Shown here in pieces: positions 12,907-26,376 of a stretch of DNA of 64,000 nt. The DNA is from Gnetum montanum (taxonomy: Eukaryota; Plantae; Gnetophyta). The DNA is taken from contig MNCI01001925.1 in NCBI GenBank assembly GCA_015680685.1, positions 213,356 through 277,355 on the forward strand, given 5' to 3'. Position 1 is the first letter of the stretch. Each line of letters starts with the position of its first letter. Made by a program: the position numbers and the translations under genes. The notes under the pieces are model-generated. The model was given only the letters and a program-made list of their open reading frames with translations. It did not search any database and had not been told where the DNA came from.

Positions 12907-15900
12907 GTCCAATTGAAAAAAATGGCTATGCATGGTGATCTTTGTTCGCCTTTGACCTTGACAGGTCCCTACAGTAGATTTACAAGATGCTTGAATCTAG
13001 AATCAGTAGACTTTGAATTATCCTCTTGTGACACTTACGTAGCATCCTTAGAAGCACCCATAGACTAGCTCGAACACCTAGTCTAGGCCCTAGTCCTAGA
13101 GGCAGGGGATGTGATTGAGGACCCTCTTATTGAAATCCCTATAACTACCTCTAGAGGTGAAGCAAAACCCTAAAAGTTAGCTTCGTTTTACATTCACAGG
13201 TACATCAAAGCATCTCTAAAGTTCTCAATGATAATGTTAAAGTGTTTGCATGGTCATATGATGACATGCCAGGCTTGGACTTGTGGCTCATACAACATAA
13301 TATTATCCTAGATCCATGTGTCAAGGTAGTCAAGCAAAAGGCTGGAAAAATCAAATTGAAGATTGCACTAGCTGTACATGATGAAATCACTAAGATTTAT
13401 TAAGCTAGTTTCATTTGGGTGGTTGATTACTTGAAATGGGTATCGAACATCGTTGCAGTTTCTAAGAAAATGGGAGGTATATGAATTTGTATAGACTTTT
13501 GAGACCTAAATAAAGTAATGATTAAAGATGACTTCCCATTGCCAAGTATTAATCAATTTATCAACACTACAGCTAGTCATGCCTTACCGTCCTTCATGGA
13601 TGGGTTCTTGGGCTATAACCAGATCCATATAAACCAAGAGCATCGATTGGAAACCACCTTCATGACTCCTTGGGGAACCTTTTGTTACACAATGATGCCC
13701 TTTGGATTGAAAAAAACTAGAGCAACCTATCAATGAGCGATGGCATACATTTTTAGTGACTACCTCTTAGAGAGATTAAATGATTACGTTGATAACATAG
13801 CAATCAAGTCTAAGAAATCTATTGATCATCCCAATGATCTCAATATAGTCCTCCAATGTTTTCATAGGCATGACTTATGCCTCAACCCCAGGAAATGTAT
13901 TTTTGGAGTTAAAAATGGATGCATGCTAGGATTTGTAGTGTCGAAAATAGGAATATGAATGGACCATGATAAAGTAAGGGCCATCATCAAGTTAGCATCA
14001 CCTAGAAACATTAACGAGTTGTGTGGGTTGCAAGGTAGAGTGCAGTTTATCAAAAGGTTTATCACGAGGTTGATAGACAAACTACATCCCATGCAACACT
14101 TGCTTAAGTAGGTGGTCAACTTCGAGTGGATAGATCAATGTCAACAAGCCTTTGATAACCTAAAGAAAGAGCTTTTGCATCTCCCAACTATTTACCCACC
14201 ATAGAGGGATAGACCTTCCTACATCTACCTCGCCACTTTGGACACATTATTGCTACATTGCTATGTCAAAAAAGAGATGATGGGTCTAAAATCCTGGTCT
14301 ATTACTTAAGCCATGCATTAATAGCTTACGAGGCAAAGTACAATGAGGTAGAAATATATTGTCTTGCCCTAGTATTTGCACTCAAAAAGTGGAGACATTA
14401 CCTATTTTGTAGCAAAGTTAACATCATATGCAAAAGCAGCACTTTGGGCTATCACAACTAACTTATAAGAGAGTAGTAGGATAGCCCGATGGAAAGCTAT
14501 AATGGTGGAATTCGATTTACATTATGTGGCACAATCATCAACAAAGGATTAAGCAATAGCCACATAGCTTACAACACCTATTGATGATCAGGAAATAATA
14601 GAACTTGAATTTCTAGGTGAACATATTAATAGCCCTGTACCATCTGATTTTGAAGCAAGCTTACATTTTGACAACATTGTAACTACACATGGTGGTAGCG
14701 TCGCTACAGTTATTACATTTCCCTTCAGGGAAATTTGACCCTCCACATATCGCTTTACATTCCTTTGCACGAACAACGTAGCTGACTACAAAGGACTCCT
14801 TAGGGGCCTTCTAGTAGCTCAAGTGCTAAAGATCCAACATTTGGCAATCTGGGGCGACACAAAACTAGTTATTAAGTAGATCATTGAAGTCTATGCTTGC
14901 AAGGCTTCACATTTGCAACCTTATTGCAATTTAGCTAAGATCCTACTAAAGTAGTTTATGAAGTTAGACATCCAACACGTGCCTTGCAACAAAAACACTG
15001 TAGCAAATGCACTAGCCACATTAGCATTAAATGTGCCATCACACTTGTTTGCCACTTTGCACGTTTCAATAATAGAATGCATAGATCCCATTACTCAAGT
15101 GGTACACATTGCATCTATAAGTGCAATAGATACCTAAGAGTGGTACACTAACATTAAATCTTACCTTCAACACAGTGAACCCCCAGACGGCTTAACATCC
15201 GCTCAAAAGGATGCAATACGAAAGCAAGCCTAGTAGTGTGTCCTCGTAGGAGATAACACCTTATGAAAAAACTCCTTTGATGGGATATTGTTAACTTGCA
15301 TTAGTGGGGAAGAAGCACAAAAGATTGTTAGCAAAGTCCATGAGGGACTATGTGGAGGGCACATAGCTCCTAGGGCTATGACAACAAAAATCAGACACTT
15401 AGGGTACTACTGGCCTTGCATAGAATGAGATTGCCTTGCCAAAGTTAGGACGTACAATGTATGTCAACACCATGCAAATCTCATACATGTGTCACCCATT
15501 GAATTACATCCTACACAAATCATGTGGCCATTCCAATGTTGGGAACTAGATATTATAGGACCCATCACACCTAAGTCTTCTATAGGACATTGTTTCATTA
15601 TCACTGTAACCGAATACTTCACAAAGTGGGTAGAGGCTATTCCCTTGAGAACAACCACATCTCAATAGGTTTGCTACTTTATTTGGATAACATAGTAACA
15701 TGGTTTGGTCTTCCTATGACTATTGTGATGGAAAATGGACCACAATTTAATAGTGCAGAAACCAAAACCTTTTACGAAAACCTTGGCATCAAAGACTCTT
15801 TTTCATTGCCATACTACCCACAAGCAAATAGTTAGGTAGAGGCAACAAACAAAGTCATCATTAACCTCCTAAAAATGATGCTTAGTAGTAGCAAGAGGTG

Positions 15901-16381
15901 ATTGCATGAGCAAATCCTCTACGTGTTATGGGCTTACCGTACGACATGAAGAACCACTACAGGTAAGACCCCATATAGTCTCATTTATGGATCTAAAGTA
16001 GTGTTACCTCTTGAATTGTAGGTTCCATCACTTTAGGTGATCCTCTTAAACATTGTGGATGAGACTCAAAACAACAAGTCAAGGATCATTGATCTTGACT
16101 TCGTAGAGGAGTAGCATGCCTGAACACTTGGTTACATCATATGGTACCAGGATAAACAACAGCAAAATCATCATTGAAACCTACATCAACGACTGATCAA
16201 GAAGGGGGACCTAGTCCTCAAGACTATTCGTGAACCTATGAGCAAATTCTCAACCAACTAGGAAGGCCCTTTCATAGTCATGAAAGCCTATGAGAATAGG
16301 GCATTCAAACTAGCTAATATGGATGGCAACGAGTTTACAAATCGCATCAACCATTTGTACCTCAAGCCATACTACGTCTGA
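12907..16381 (+). pseudogene. pol: Element A pol (RT-RH-aRH-INT), degenerate
   Basis: KDDFPLPSI, FMDGFLGYNQI, MPFGLK, DYVDNI, ALVFALKKWRHYL, CTNNVA, integrase YYPQAN, EGPF...YLKPYYV*. Confidence 0.95.
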
Positions 16382-16424
16382 CACAAAGGGTTACATCAAA
16401 TAGAAAGCGAGGTAAGATAGAACG

Positions 16425-16700
16425 TTTGCTATGATGTATAACTAGCACAAATAGTCCACTCTGACTATAAACTGGCACAGAATGTCTACTATGACATTAA
16501 ACTAGCATTGCATGTACTTGGGCTATGATGTAAAATTGGCACCCATAGCATGGTCCTCTATGACCTTAAACTAGCCATCCACCATCCACTACAACGTTAA
16601 ACTAGCATAGGGATATGCTAGGACCTTAAACTAGCACATCACAATCTACTGGGACCTTAAACTAGCACACATGATAGTCTACCAAGAATTTAAATTAGGT
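16425..16700 (+). repeat. Array of ~9 units of CTAYGACCTTAAACTAGCA with variable spacers
   Basis: Recurrent taaactagca / taactggca / aaattggca cores every ~30-37 nt directly after the pol stop. Confidence 0.9.
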
Positions 16701-16781
16701 TCGTAGTGCAATGCTCCCCAGTGCACATATGTAATTCCTACAAACAAGTGAGTGTGCACACTTCCAAAACTCTTGAACAAC

Positions 16782-17450
16782 ATGGGGTGGGATGTTGTAG
16801 TTGTAGAATGTAATTAACGTTGCTAAGGAAACATCCTATAGAACACATGTAGCATCACTGCCCTTGGCATCTTGCTGATCTTCTAGAGCTTCTGCTACCA
16901 TAGCCACTCATCCTAGCAGTAGCTCTTACTATTAGCACCTACTACTGGAGTCCTAGCACTATTGTGGCCCAGCCACAAGGTTTTCATCCTCCAGCCCTTG
17001 CCATTGTCCAAGTCACAAAGGTGTTCAGCTGCTAGGCTTCTCCCCTTACAACTGGACTACATGATGTTTGCCTTGGACAAGGAATCTTGAGTGCCTACAT
17101 CACCACCACTCTTGGTATCTTCAATGCCAACCTTTTTAGCCTACCATCGCTAGAACTGGTTCTAGCCTTCCTACTTTGGACATTGCACACTTCAGACAAA
17201 ACACTTGCCACTCTGGAAGTGTCCAATGCAAGTAGGAATTTTCCCTCACTTCACTCGATGGTTGCTTTCTTTTAGTTTTCTCTCTATTGTGTTTGCAGGA
17301 TAAAAGCCAAGATGGTGTCATTTAGAGATACGTTTTAGCATGAGAGCAAGGTACTACACTACTCCGAAGCACCCTCTTTGAGTAGCCTAGCTACTTGAGA
17401 GTGCATACCCTACTCTCCCTTTCAGTAGACTTAATCCCTGTTCCCTATAC
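16782..17450 (+). pseudogene. Decayed two-exon accessory ORF (MGW...), copy in A; function unknown
   Basis: ATGGGGTGGG start and GILLI block shared with C. Putative intron 17219-17298 (GAA|GTGTCC...TTTGCAG|). Exon 2 VI*RYV...PSYLRVH aligns with B and C. Confidence 0.6.
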
Positions 17451-18115
17451 TTGCAATCTTTCATATCCTCTTTTACAAGCTTTCCAAATGCACATGAAGC
17501 CCTTTCACATGCCCAACCCCCAAGTCCATGATGGGCTTAATGCAACTCACCCCATGGGAAGAATTTGTAGGTAGGTCAAAGCCCCACATGGATGTAACAC
17601 AACTCATCTTGGGGAGGAAACACTTATCCTACAATAACAACAAGGTTTTTTGTAAGTGAACGTGGGTGTACAATAAAGGAAAAGCACAAAAAATGCAAAA
17701 GAGCAGAAAAGCTTAAAAAGAAAAAAAGGTCCCTAAAAAAATGGCACAACATGCTGCTTTACAATCCGCTTCAGTCAGAAATTGACCATCTCTGAGCATT
17801 TCGGTGAGAGGTCGAAGGTCAACAAAGAAAGACACCCATGCGTGCTGACTCCCTCATAAGCACTCTGATGAGGGGTCACACTACGGAAATAGTTTTTCAA
17901 GGTGTTGCATTTTTTTTGTTTCCTAAACCTATTTCCTTAAATCCATCCCTTGCCCCCCTAATCCTACATCAGCCTCCAGGCACCCTCAAATGTATCAAAA
18001 TGTGGTCCAAGCAAGCACTAAAGATCAATGTTGATACGTGGTTCTTCATGGTGTTTCATATTCTTTGTCGATGTCTCTCAGGTAGATCCTCCAGACATCA
18101 ACAAAGAGGGGCCAT

Positions 18116-20362
18116 TAAAACACCATAAATTTTAGGACTCTCATGATTTAGTAGTCCCAGAATTTGGGCAAGGATCTCTGCAAGCATGGTATCACATTGG
18201 ATCATGCAGGTAATATGGAACCCAAAAAATCCTAATGCCTACAAAGACACTTCCAGGCCTACTTGTCATCCTCTGCAACACAATCAACATAGCACCTACC
18301 CACAAGGCCATTTTGTATGAAAGAGGTACTAGAGGTAGATCGTATAGTCTAGCAAATTTTCTACCCCCTAGGCTGATAGGCTTGTTACACCCTCTAGCTT
18401 GCCTAGCTTGATACTTGATCTAGTTGATGGTCTACCCATGGACCATGCTAGGAGTTGTCAAAGGTGTTCAGGATGAGTGAAATAGTTCATTAAGTTTTCT
18501 AACTATAGGAACCTGCTATGCTACGCTACATTGCATAGCGTAGTAGGCCTTGATGAGATTGAATAGGCATCAAAGATGCAAATTAACAACAACTCAACTC
18601 TTTCAGATATTTTCCCCACTTCATCCTTGATGCATGAGCAACACGATGTAGTAAAATGTGGTGAATTTTCTTAGAAATCATCTCAACTTGAGTGCTACAC
18701 TACGCAATGTACCACAACATAGCAAGGATGGACTTTGACAATACTTCTACTTAGATGGCTTTGATGGAGTAAGCACATTTGCCTATGCCTGATATATCAA
18801 ACAAGTTTTCTTTGTTGACATGCCAAGAGATGATTGACATTTTGTGAAAAAAAGTTTGCAAAGTAATTTAGAATTCAAGCCAAACTAGGTGCTCTGCTCT
18901 GCTACGCTACACAGTGTAGCTTAGTGTACCAGGGTTAGAATGAACAAAGGTCCCTTGCCAAGTGATTCCTAGAAAAGGGATTGCACTTGGCCACATTCAA
19001 ACCTTCAAGACCACCTATCTTGTTTCACCCCTTAGGCCCTAAGTATAATTTCTCGATAAAGAATTGTAAATCAAACATGAATTCATGTCACATTGGCTAC
19101 TATGTTGTACTACACTACGTAGCGTAGCACAACGTAGCAAGGTCAGAAAGCATAAAAGTGTTTCAAGGATGAACCCCATAGGTCCCAAGACCTTTTAGCA
19201 TGAAAGAAAATATTGTAGTTGCTTTCTTAGCCAAGCCTCAAATAGGTATTCTTAGCTTTCAAGCGAGATTTCTTTTAGGACTAGCAGATACGCTATGCAA
19301 CGTAGCACAATGTAGCATGCGGGTGTTTATGCTACGTTGATATTCTAGGTACCATAGATAGTGTGACACTCATATGAAAGCATCAGAACGTCTCCAGTTA
19401 GCTTCAAAACTTGTTGGAAATGGTCACTCTCTTCTTGACATCTCTTCAATGGACAAAATCAACAAGTTTTCTTTGTTTTTCACCCGTCTAAATATCCCCA
19501 AATTTTTTCCTACTCTTGACCCCACTCGCAAGAGTAGGGAAGATGTAGTCCTGGAGCATAGGCTCTACTTTGCATTCATTGTTGGAATTCCTTGTAATAA
19601 ACATGGCAGTTCATTGGATTCTGGCACATGTATCTTGAACGGTATGTTCATAGTGTAGTAGGTTTCACATTCAACATTACATAGTAGCATAGTATAGTCA
19701 GGTTTGCACCTGGTGAGACCTAGGACACGTGGCATCCAAAACATGTTTCTCTCCTCCATCTAACTCTATAAATACCCCAGTGAACAATGTTCAAGGGGCT
19801 GTCCATTTTGACTATGGTTAGCTTTTCACATGGTTGGCTTTTGAGAATTACCTTTCTAGCAGTTGGCTTCGAAGATTGGCATTTGGCATTTTAGCTCTCT
19901 GGCAATTAACTTTAGCAAAGAGACTACCAAGTAGAAGGTTCCTATGAGCAAGCTATTGATAGCAGTTCAAAGAGCTATGATCATACTGCTTCATTGTAAG
20001 TTATGCCTATCCACACTGTGCATCAGTTGTACACCTTCAACCAAACAAAGATCAGATCCCCCGATCTTGGGGCAGTGCACCTTCTCACTCAAGCCTATTT
20101 CATTTTTTTTCTATTATCGTATTTTGCATTATTCTCCATCAGTTTATGCTTGTTTCTCATCACTTAAGTTGCACATAACATCTTTAAAAGAAACATTTTC
20201 GTAAGGTTATTGTACATCGATTAAGTCCCTGTCTGATCAACCAGACCATTCAGGGCACCTTACTTCCATTTACTCCATCATGGCCCTCGCACAGATCTAG
20301 GGTTAGGCTATACACCCGGTGACCTCTCGGTGTTGCAGCCATTGATGTTTTCATTCATTGCA
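18116..20362 (+). repeat. 3' LTR of element A (~2.25 kb)
   Basis: Follows PPT AAAGAGGGGCCAT (18103-18115). Starts TAAAACACC (TGAAACACC in other copies). TATA ctataaata ~19766. Conserved U5 block 20222-20300. Ends CATTGCA. Confidence 0.85.
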
Positions 20363-23300
20363 ATAATGATGTATGCTTTACCATTAGAGATCAAAGAGAT
20401 GAAACCAATGAAGTTGATCTCCCACACATTGAAGAGCTCTAGTAGTTGGATTCACTATTGTTAATTCTTCATACATGAGGATATATCTCTCTCATGTTGA
20501 CACTTAGCCTACTAGCATATGAAGTTTTATGAATCATGAAACATGGTGGGCTAAAATATCCCACAAGTAGCAACTTCATCATGGTTCTCTTTCTAGAATA
20601 GTGCCCACCACATACACTATGGTATAAATTGGCCAAGATGGTATCTTGGCTTTCTTTGAAAGCACAAAACCTTGTAAGGCCATTACAAGATCTCTTGTAA
20701 AGATTCTCTTTTATAATAAAGTAAGGCTTTACTTGGTATTGAAATCATTGGATCTTTTGTTTATCCCACCTAGGAATAATCTTCTAGACCACTAGCTATT
20801 TGAGAATTTCTATGAACTATGAGTAGTCATGTCCATTATCTAAGTTAAAAATGACCTTACAAATATGATCATTAAAAAACTCACCTTCGAATTTGTTGTC
20901 AATTCATAGTTGTGAAAAACCATTTTCCACCACATTTTTACCTCCCTTGCAACTGATCATGTGAAGATTAAACTCTTGGAAAGTAAATGGCCATCAAATC
21001 ACTTAAGGATTGACATCTAGTTTGTTCATAAGAAACTGAATTGTAAAATAATTAGTCTGGATGAAGAGTTTACACTCAAGAACATAATAACTAAATTTTT
21101 ATTGAGTAAGAATGATAGTCATTAACTCTTTTTCATTGGTGATGTAATTCAATTGCAACTCTACAATGCTTTAACTAGAATAGTGGATGTACTAGGCCCT
21201 TTTCATTTCATTGAACTATATTAGCACTACATTCAATGTAAAGTCAGAAGTATCTATCATTATGGTTGAGCCCACTTAGGACTCCATAATACTATAGTAT
21301 AGGTTAGTCTTTCGTTCAGATATTGAAAGATATGTTCACATTTCTGACTTCATAGAAATGAAACATCTTTATTCATGAACATAAATAGACATCTAGCTAT
21401 TCTAGAATAATATTTAATGAATCTACAATAATAGCTTTTTTATCTAAGGAAAGATCACACCTATTTAACTATTGTGAAAATTTTCATCATGTTTTCAATG
21501 ATGGAGATCTTGTTAGGATCAACTTGAATTCTATTCTTGAAAACTTTGTGGTCAAGAACTATGTCCTTAGTCAACATCAACTAGTTTTTCTGCTAGTCTA
21601 GCTTTAATTTTACCTTATAGAAATTATGTATGATAGCTTTGAGCTAATCCAAGACATTCTAAAATGTTTTGTCATATTTGATAAAGTCATCTATGAAGAT
21701 CTCCATACTCTTGCCAATGTAATCTTGAAAGACTGACATCACTAGTGATTGGAATGTAGCTAGTACATTGCATAACCAAAAGAGCATGCACTTGAAGGTA
21801 AATATTTATTATGAATAAATGAATGTAGCTTTTTCTTGATCCTCTAGTATGATATTGATATAATTATAGCTAGAGTACCCATTAAGAAATATATAGTACT
21901 TATGACCAATGATATTATCCAATACCTAGTCTAAAAGTGATAATAGAAAATGGTCCTTAAAGATTGAAAAATTTAGCAACTTGTAGTCAACACAACCTCT
22001 TAATTCATTGTCATTCTATAGTGCAATTATACTTGGACTAACCCACTCACTAGCTAAAATGGATGTGATAAAACCAACCCAAAAGAGACAAACAATTTCA
22101 TTTTTCATCATGTACTACATGTTAGGATTAAGTCTTCATAGAAACATTCACTAAGGCCCAATGGTTTGGTCTACATATATGTAGTGTTAACATATAGAGA
22201 AGTCAATTCACATGAGTTCATCATGGGACCAGATAAAGGCTATTCTCCACTTCAAAACTACCTTTTTCAACTTAATACTTTTGAGGATCATCAAAGTAGA
22301 ATTGATGATAATAGGATGACCATCTATGAGGGATAGGTACTCCAAGCTCTTTGGAAGTCACTTGAGTTCCAAGAATGTTGTGAAAATATTTTGGGATACA
22401 TTAAGAATTCTCAAAAATTTAGGACATTTTGGTAGTCTCAATTTTATTCTCTACTTTTGAATTAGATGATTTAGCCTTGGATAGGATGAGAGAATCAATT
22501 ATTCTTTTCAAGACATGATTTATGTCTTCATATCCCAAACTTTCTTTAAGGTAATTAGCATCCCTAATGATATAGAGATATTCAATGATACAAAAATTCC
22601 AACCATGGTTACCATAGTACTAGGAAATATTGCATGGGATTCTCTTTTAATATGTCTTCCTAATCACATCTTTCCTACTAATTTCAAGATGAAGATCTTA
22701 GAAGATTAATTTATCATTAATAGTGCTCTTATCGGCTCTTTCCATAATCATAGGGAAATTATCTTCTACCTTGTTCTTTAGTTTGATCATCAAGAAGATT
22801 TTAGGATAAAACCATTCCACCAATGTTATCACTACATCATTTATCTATTCCATGGGATATGTGTAGGATTGACGTACCAAATCCAACCAAATATTAGTAC
22901 TTTAAGAGGAGGAAGTTTTGAATTACGATATTGATATAATGAAATGAGGTTAACTCTTGAACTAGAGTTGTAGAGAGCAAGGAAGATACCCTTCTCATAA
23001 ATTTATATCTCCATCATGGGATTGTTGAAATATTTGTTTTTTAGGAAATAAGACCTTCTTTCACTACTTGTGTGGCTTCCTTGAACATGATAATGGTCAC
23101 AACACCACTACCATGAGGTGCCATATTATTTGGTTTGCTAGATACTATTGAAGAACGTCTTTCAAAAGTGGATGTTTCATTTTGATAGCATTCAAGGAAT
23201 GGTACTAGGACCTCCTTGTAACGACAGAAAACATTGGCAGCTGGAAAATACCGAACGAATTCCGTGTGCATAGTTTTAACCACAGATCCGTGCGAGGGCT

Positions 23301-26300
23301 ATGCTGGAAAAATGAATCCACGGCACCCTGAACGGTCTTGTCGATCAGACAGGGACTTACTAATCAGTAAACTGATGAATATCTCGTGAAACGATCTGAT
23401 TCGAGGAATCACAAAAACGAGGGGAAAATAATGTAGATTAATTGCAACGATGATAACGTTAAACACGATAAGAGGAGGCTAACATAAGAGAAACATGTAT
23501 TTTCAAGATCTATGCTTTGACTTGAAAAATGTATATTTTGTATATCTCGTTACACTGGGGAGACCCCAATTATTGGATGTGAAGCAAGTACAAAACAACA
23601 AGAAAACTGTCCAAACAGAAGTCTGATCTACCTTGTGGGCTAAAGCCAGGATGCAAGGAAGGTTAAGCTCTGACGTCTACCGATCAACTGTTTCTGACCA
23701 ATAGAGTCTTCCCAGCAGAACGATTACTCCTATCATCGGTGCTCAAAGCGGAATGTGCTCTATTTCTGTCGTAAGGTGATGCCGTCAACAATTGCCAAAG
23801 TGCTGCTCTCTGTATCTCTGCTCAAAAGTGATAAGTGCTCCAGTGCTCAGAAAAATGCCTTTGCTTCTCTGATTTGCCAACCTTTGTATCTTTGTCAACT
23901 GGGGTATTTATAGGCTGAGACGCCCTATGGAAAAGGCGCAACCCTGATGACGTGTGTCCTGAGTGTTTCGGGCACTGTTGGTTTGACCATTTTTGCGTCA
24001 AACTTCATGTCTACGCACAATACGCTCGTTCGCGTATTGTGCGTGTGAAGAAGAGGTGCACGTCGGGCATGTTTCAACTATCCTTGGGTTATATTACGCT
24101 CATTCACGCTGTGTTGCATGTATGAGCGTAACATAACATGGAAACAATGGATTCAAGTTGTTTTACGCTTTCTTATGCAGCCGCGCGTAATGAAGCGTGG
24201 AACAATGTTTAGCTTGGCAACGCAATACGCTGTGATACGCTGCATTGCGTGATGAGCATATGATGAGCAATCGCACTTTCTTAGACTTTGCCTTTGACTA
24301 TTTTGGAGCTTATTATGCTGCCGCGCGTGACAAGGCGTAAACCTGGCCTTGAACCAAAGACTTAGCAAAATACACAAGAAGTCGCATATCACGCTGCTTA
24401 AGCTTCCCCCTATGCTGAAGCAACTATCCTTCTGATGCCGGACTATGTTTAAACATAATCACGCTAAGCATCATTACGCCACGTTGCGTGACATAGCGTA
24501 AACAGAAAAAGCATAGAAATATTAGGAATTTTGCACAAGAAGTCGAGGACTTGATGCTACGCGCCTCTTGGTGTTGCTCTGTCTTAGTTTCCCTTCTGGA
24601 ATTCTGACATGCGCCCTTGCCTGAATTGTGAATCTTTGCCTGAGGCTGACTCGCAAATTTTTACGGTGTTTCACTCCTCAATGTGGATTACCAAGGAACA
24701 TGAATAGCTTCATGGACTTCATGATAGTCATCCTAGTTAAATAGTGGAGCATCATCATCACTAAATGATCCTGATACGTTTAGATTCTAGAATCTAAAGA
24801 TTATATTAGCATTCGAAGTTTTGATTGCACCATGATAAGTGGTTTCTAATAATGAGCCTTTGTGGAAGACAGACCCTTTTTATTTCTTATCTACTTTATC
24901 ATTTTTCTCTCCATTTGAATGGTTAAGTGGAAAGCTACAATAAGTCTCACCTACTACCTTTTGATATTAGAGCTTTTACATTTTATGGGGTTTGTAGTCA
25001 TTATACTTTGGCTTCAAAGCCACATAAAATAAATAATCATCCTCTAGGTTAATGTTGACTAAGGTCTTTTAAAGATCATGTGATGTAGCTTCAAATAGTT
25101 CCTTAGAGAACTATGCATAAGAATCATGTCATCTTCTTTACTTAGCTTGGTGATAAGTCAAAAAGAAACTAGCAGTAGGATCACATCCCTTGAGTTTCTA
25201 AATGAGATAGAAGGCCTCCATTTTATCACATTTTTATTTTTTAAAGGTCTTGATAGGCTTTGAGTGTTATCTTTCATATCATTTGTGTTTGAAACCAATA
25301 CATAAAACTAAGGAGATACATATTTAGGTCTGAAAATATTAAGATAAAAAATGTCCAAGTATTTGAAGCAATGCATTAACATATTTCCTAGAAACACTAC
25401 CAATGATAGGGGTTTTTCTCATCATGATCAATTGTATTATATCATATAGAATGTGATATGATGCAATCATAAGCTTCAAAGGTGATGTTGAGTGGATTTC
25501 CATGAATAATTATCTATATTATTACATTTAATAAATATAGAAGAGATTATAAAACATATCATACAATGAAAACCCATGTTACCATGGTCTAAGAAGAAAG
25601 AAAATATTTATAATTTGATATTTTATGATTTTTATGATTTTTATTTATTTAGAATAAAACATTAATAAACATACATGCATCATAATCCATCATAGAGGCA
25701 CATGTAATCCCCTATGATATAGATTTAATAATACATACAAAAAGTAATAAATAGTTCATAATCATAACCTTGATATCTCAATAAATTACCATTGAGTTAT
25801 AACCTACTTAGATAATAATGAATTATTGTAGTTTAACGAAATAAAAATTAAATAAATAATTTCAGCATTTTACTATTTTAAGCCTAAATAATATAAAAAA
25901 AGGGAAACCCATGAGATTTATTTACTACACAAACACTGAACTACATATCAACCAAATTGTTCTAGGCTACATAAGTAAGGTATTACTCTGACAAAGTCTA
26001 GTAACACTTGTGAAAGTGATGAATGAAAAAAACATACAAAAAAAAGGTAATAAAAAGGTAATAAACTTACCTATAGAAGGAAGAGCTCTTCACATAAAAT
26101 TAATATCAAAAGCCTAAATGGAATTCTTAAAATATCTAAGATGTGTATGAAAGCTTATCCTAGGTATTTATGGTTCTTGCAATGTAATAGTGGATTTCTC
26201 CAATGTCCAAACATCAACAAAGGTTCTTCAACACAACCTATGTTAATCCTAATTATGCCCAAGGGTCAAGTAGGTTGAGCCAAGCTTGATAGAGGATGCA

Positions 26301-26371
26301 TCAACACCCATACACTAATGTAGGATAGTTAGTAAACTATATTAGTAAACCCTTCCAAACCATACTTCCAA
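20363..26371 (-). mobile_element. Element E: older, heavily decayed Ty3/gypsy element of a different family, host to later insertions
   Basis: Minus-strand RT remnants SEWVSP, RGCVDY, NGYSSYN, MLFWLCN, MEIFIDDF, IQVDPNKI (~21500-22060). Faint RH and integrase traces at 20400-21050 and protease traces ~22650-22900. No aRH seen. Boundaries approximate. Confidence 0.65.
23217..24673 (-). mobile_element. Solo LTR (1457 bp) related to the element C LTR
   Basis: TGTAAC...GTTTCA termini. Perfect 5-bp TSD CTCCT (23212-23216, 24674-24678). Alignable with 49314-50944. TATA on minus ~23906. Retains many CpGs. Confidence 0.95.
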
Positions 26372-26376
26372 CTACT

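Larger units (their letters stand above)
12520..20362 (+). mobile_element. Element A: 5'-truncated Tat-type Ty3/gypsy retrotransposon
   Basis: End of spacer with 3 motif copies (12673-12810), then pol, motif array, MGW ORF, PPT and 3' LTR, collinear with B and C. The 5' boundary is approximate. Confidence 0.9.

Noticed and set aside
23330-23362. Hammerhead ribozyme / retrozyme (CTGATCGA resembles CUGANGA)
   Set aside because: The core has an extra nucleotide, and I found no correctly placed GAAA or stem II/III.
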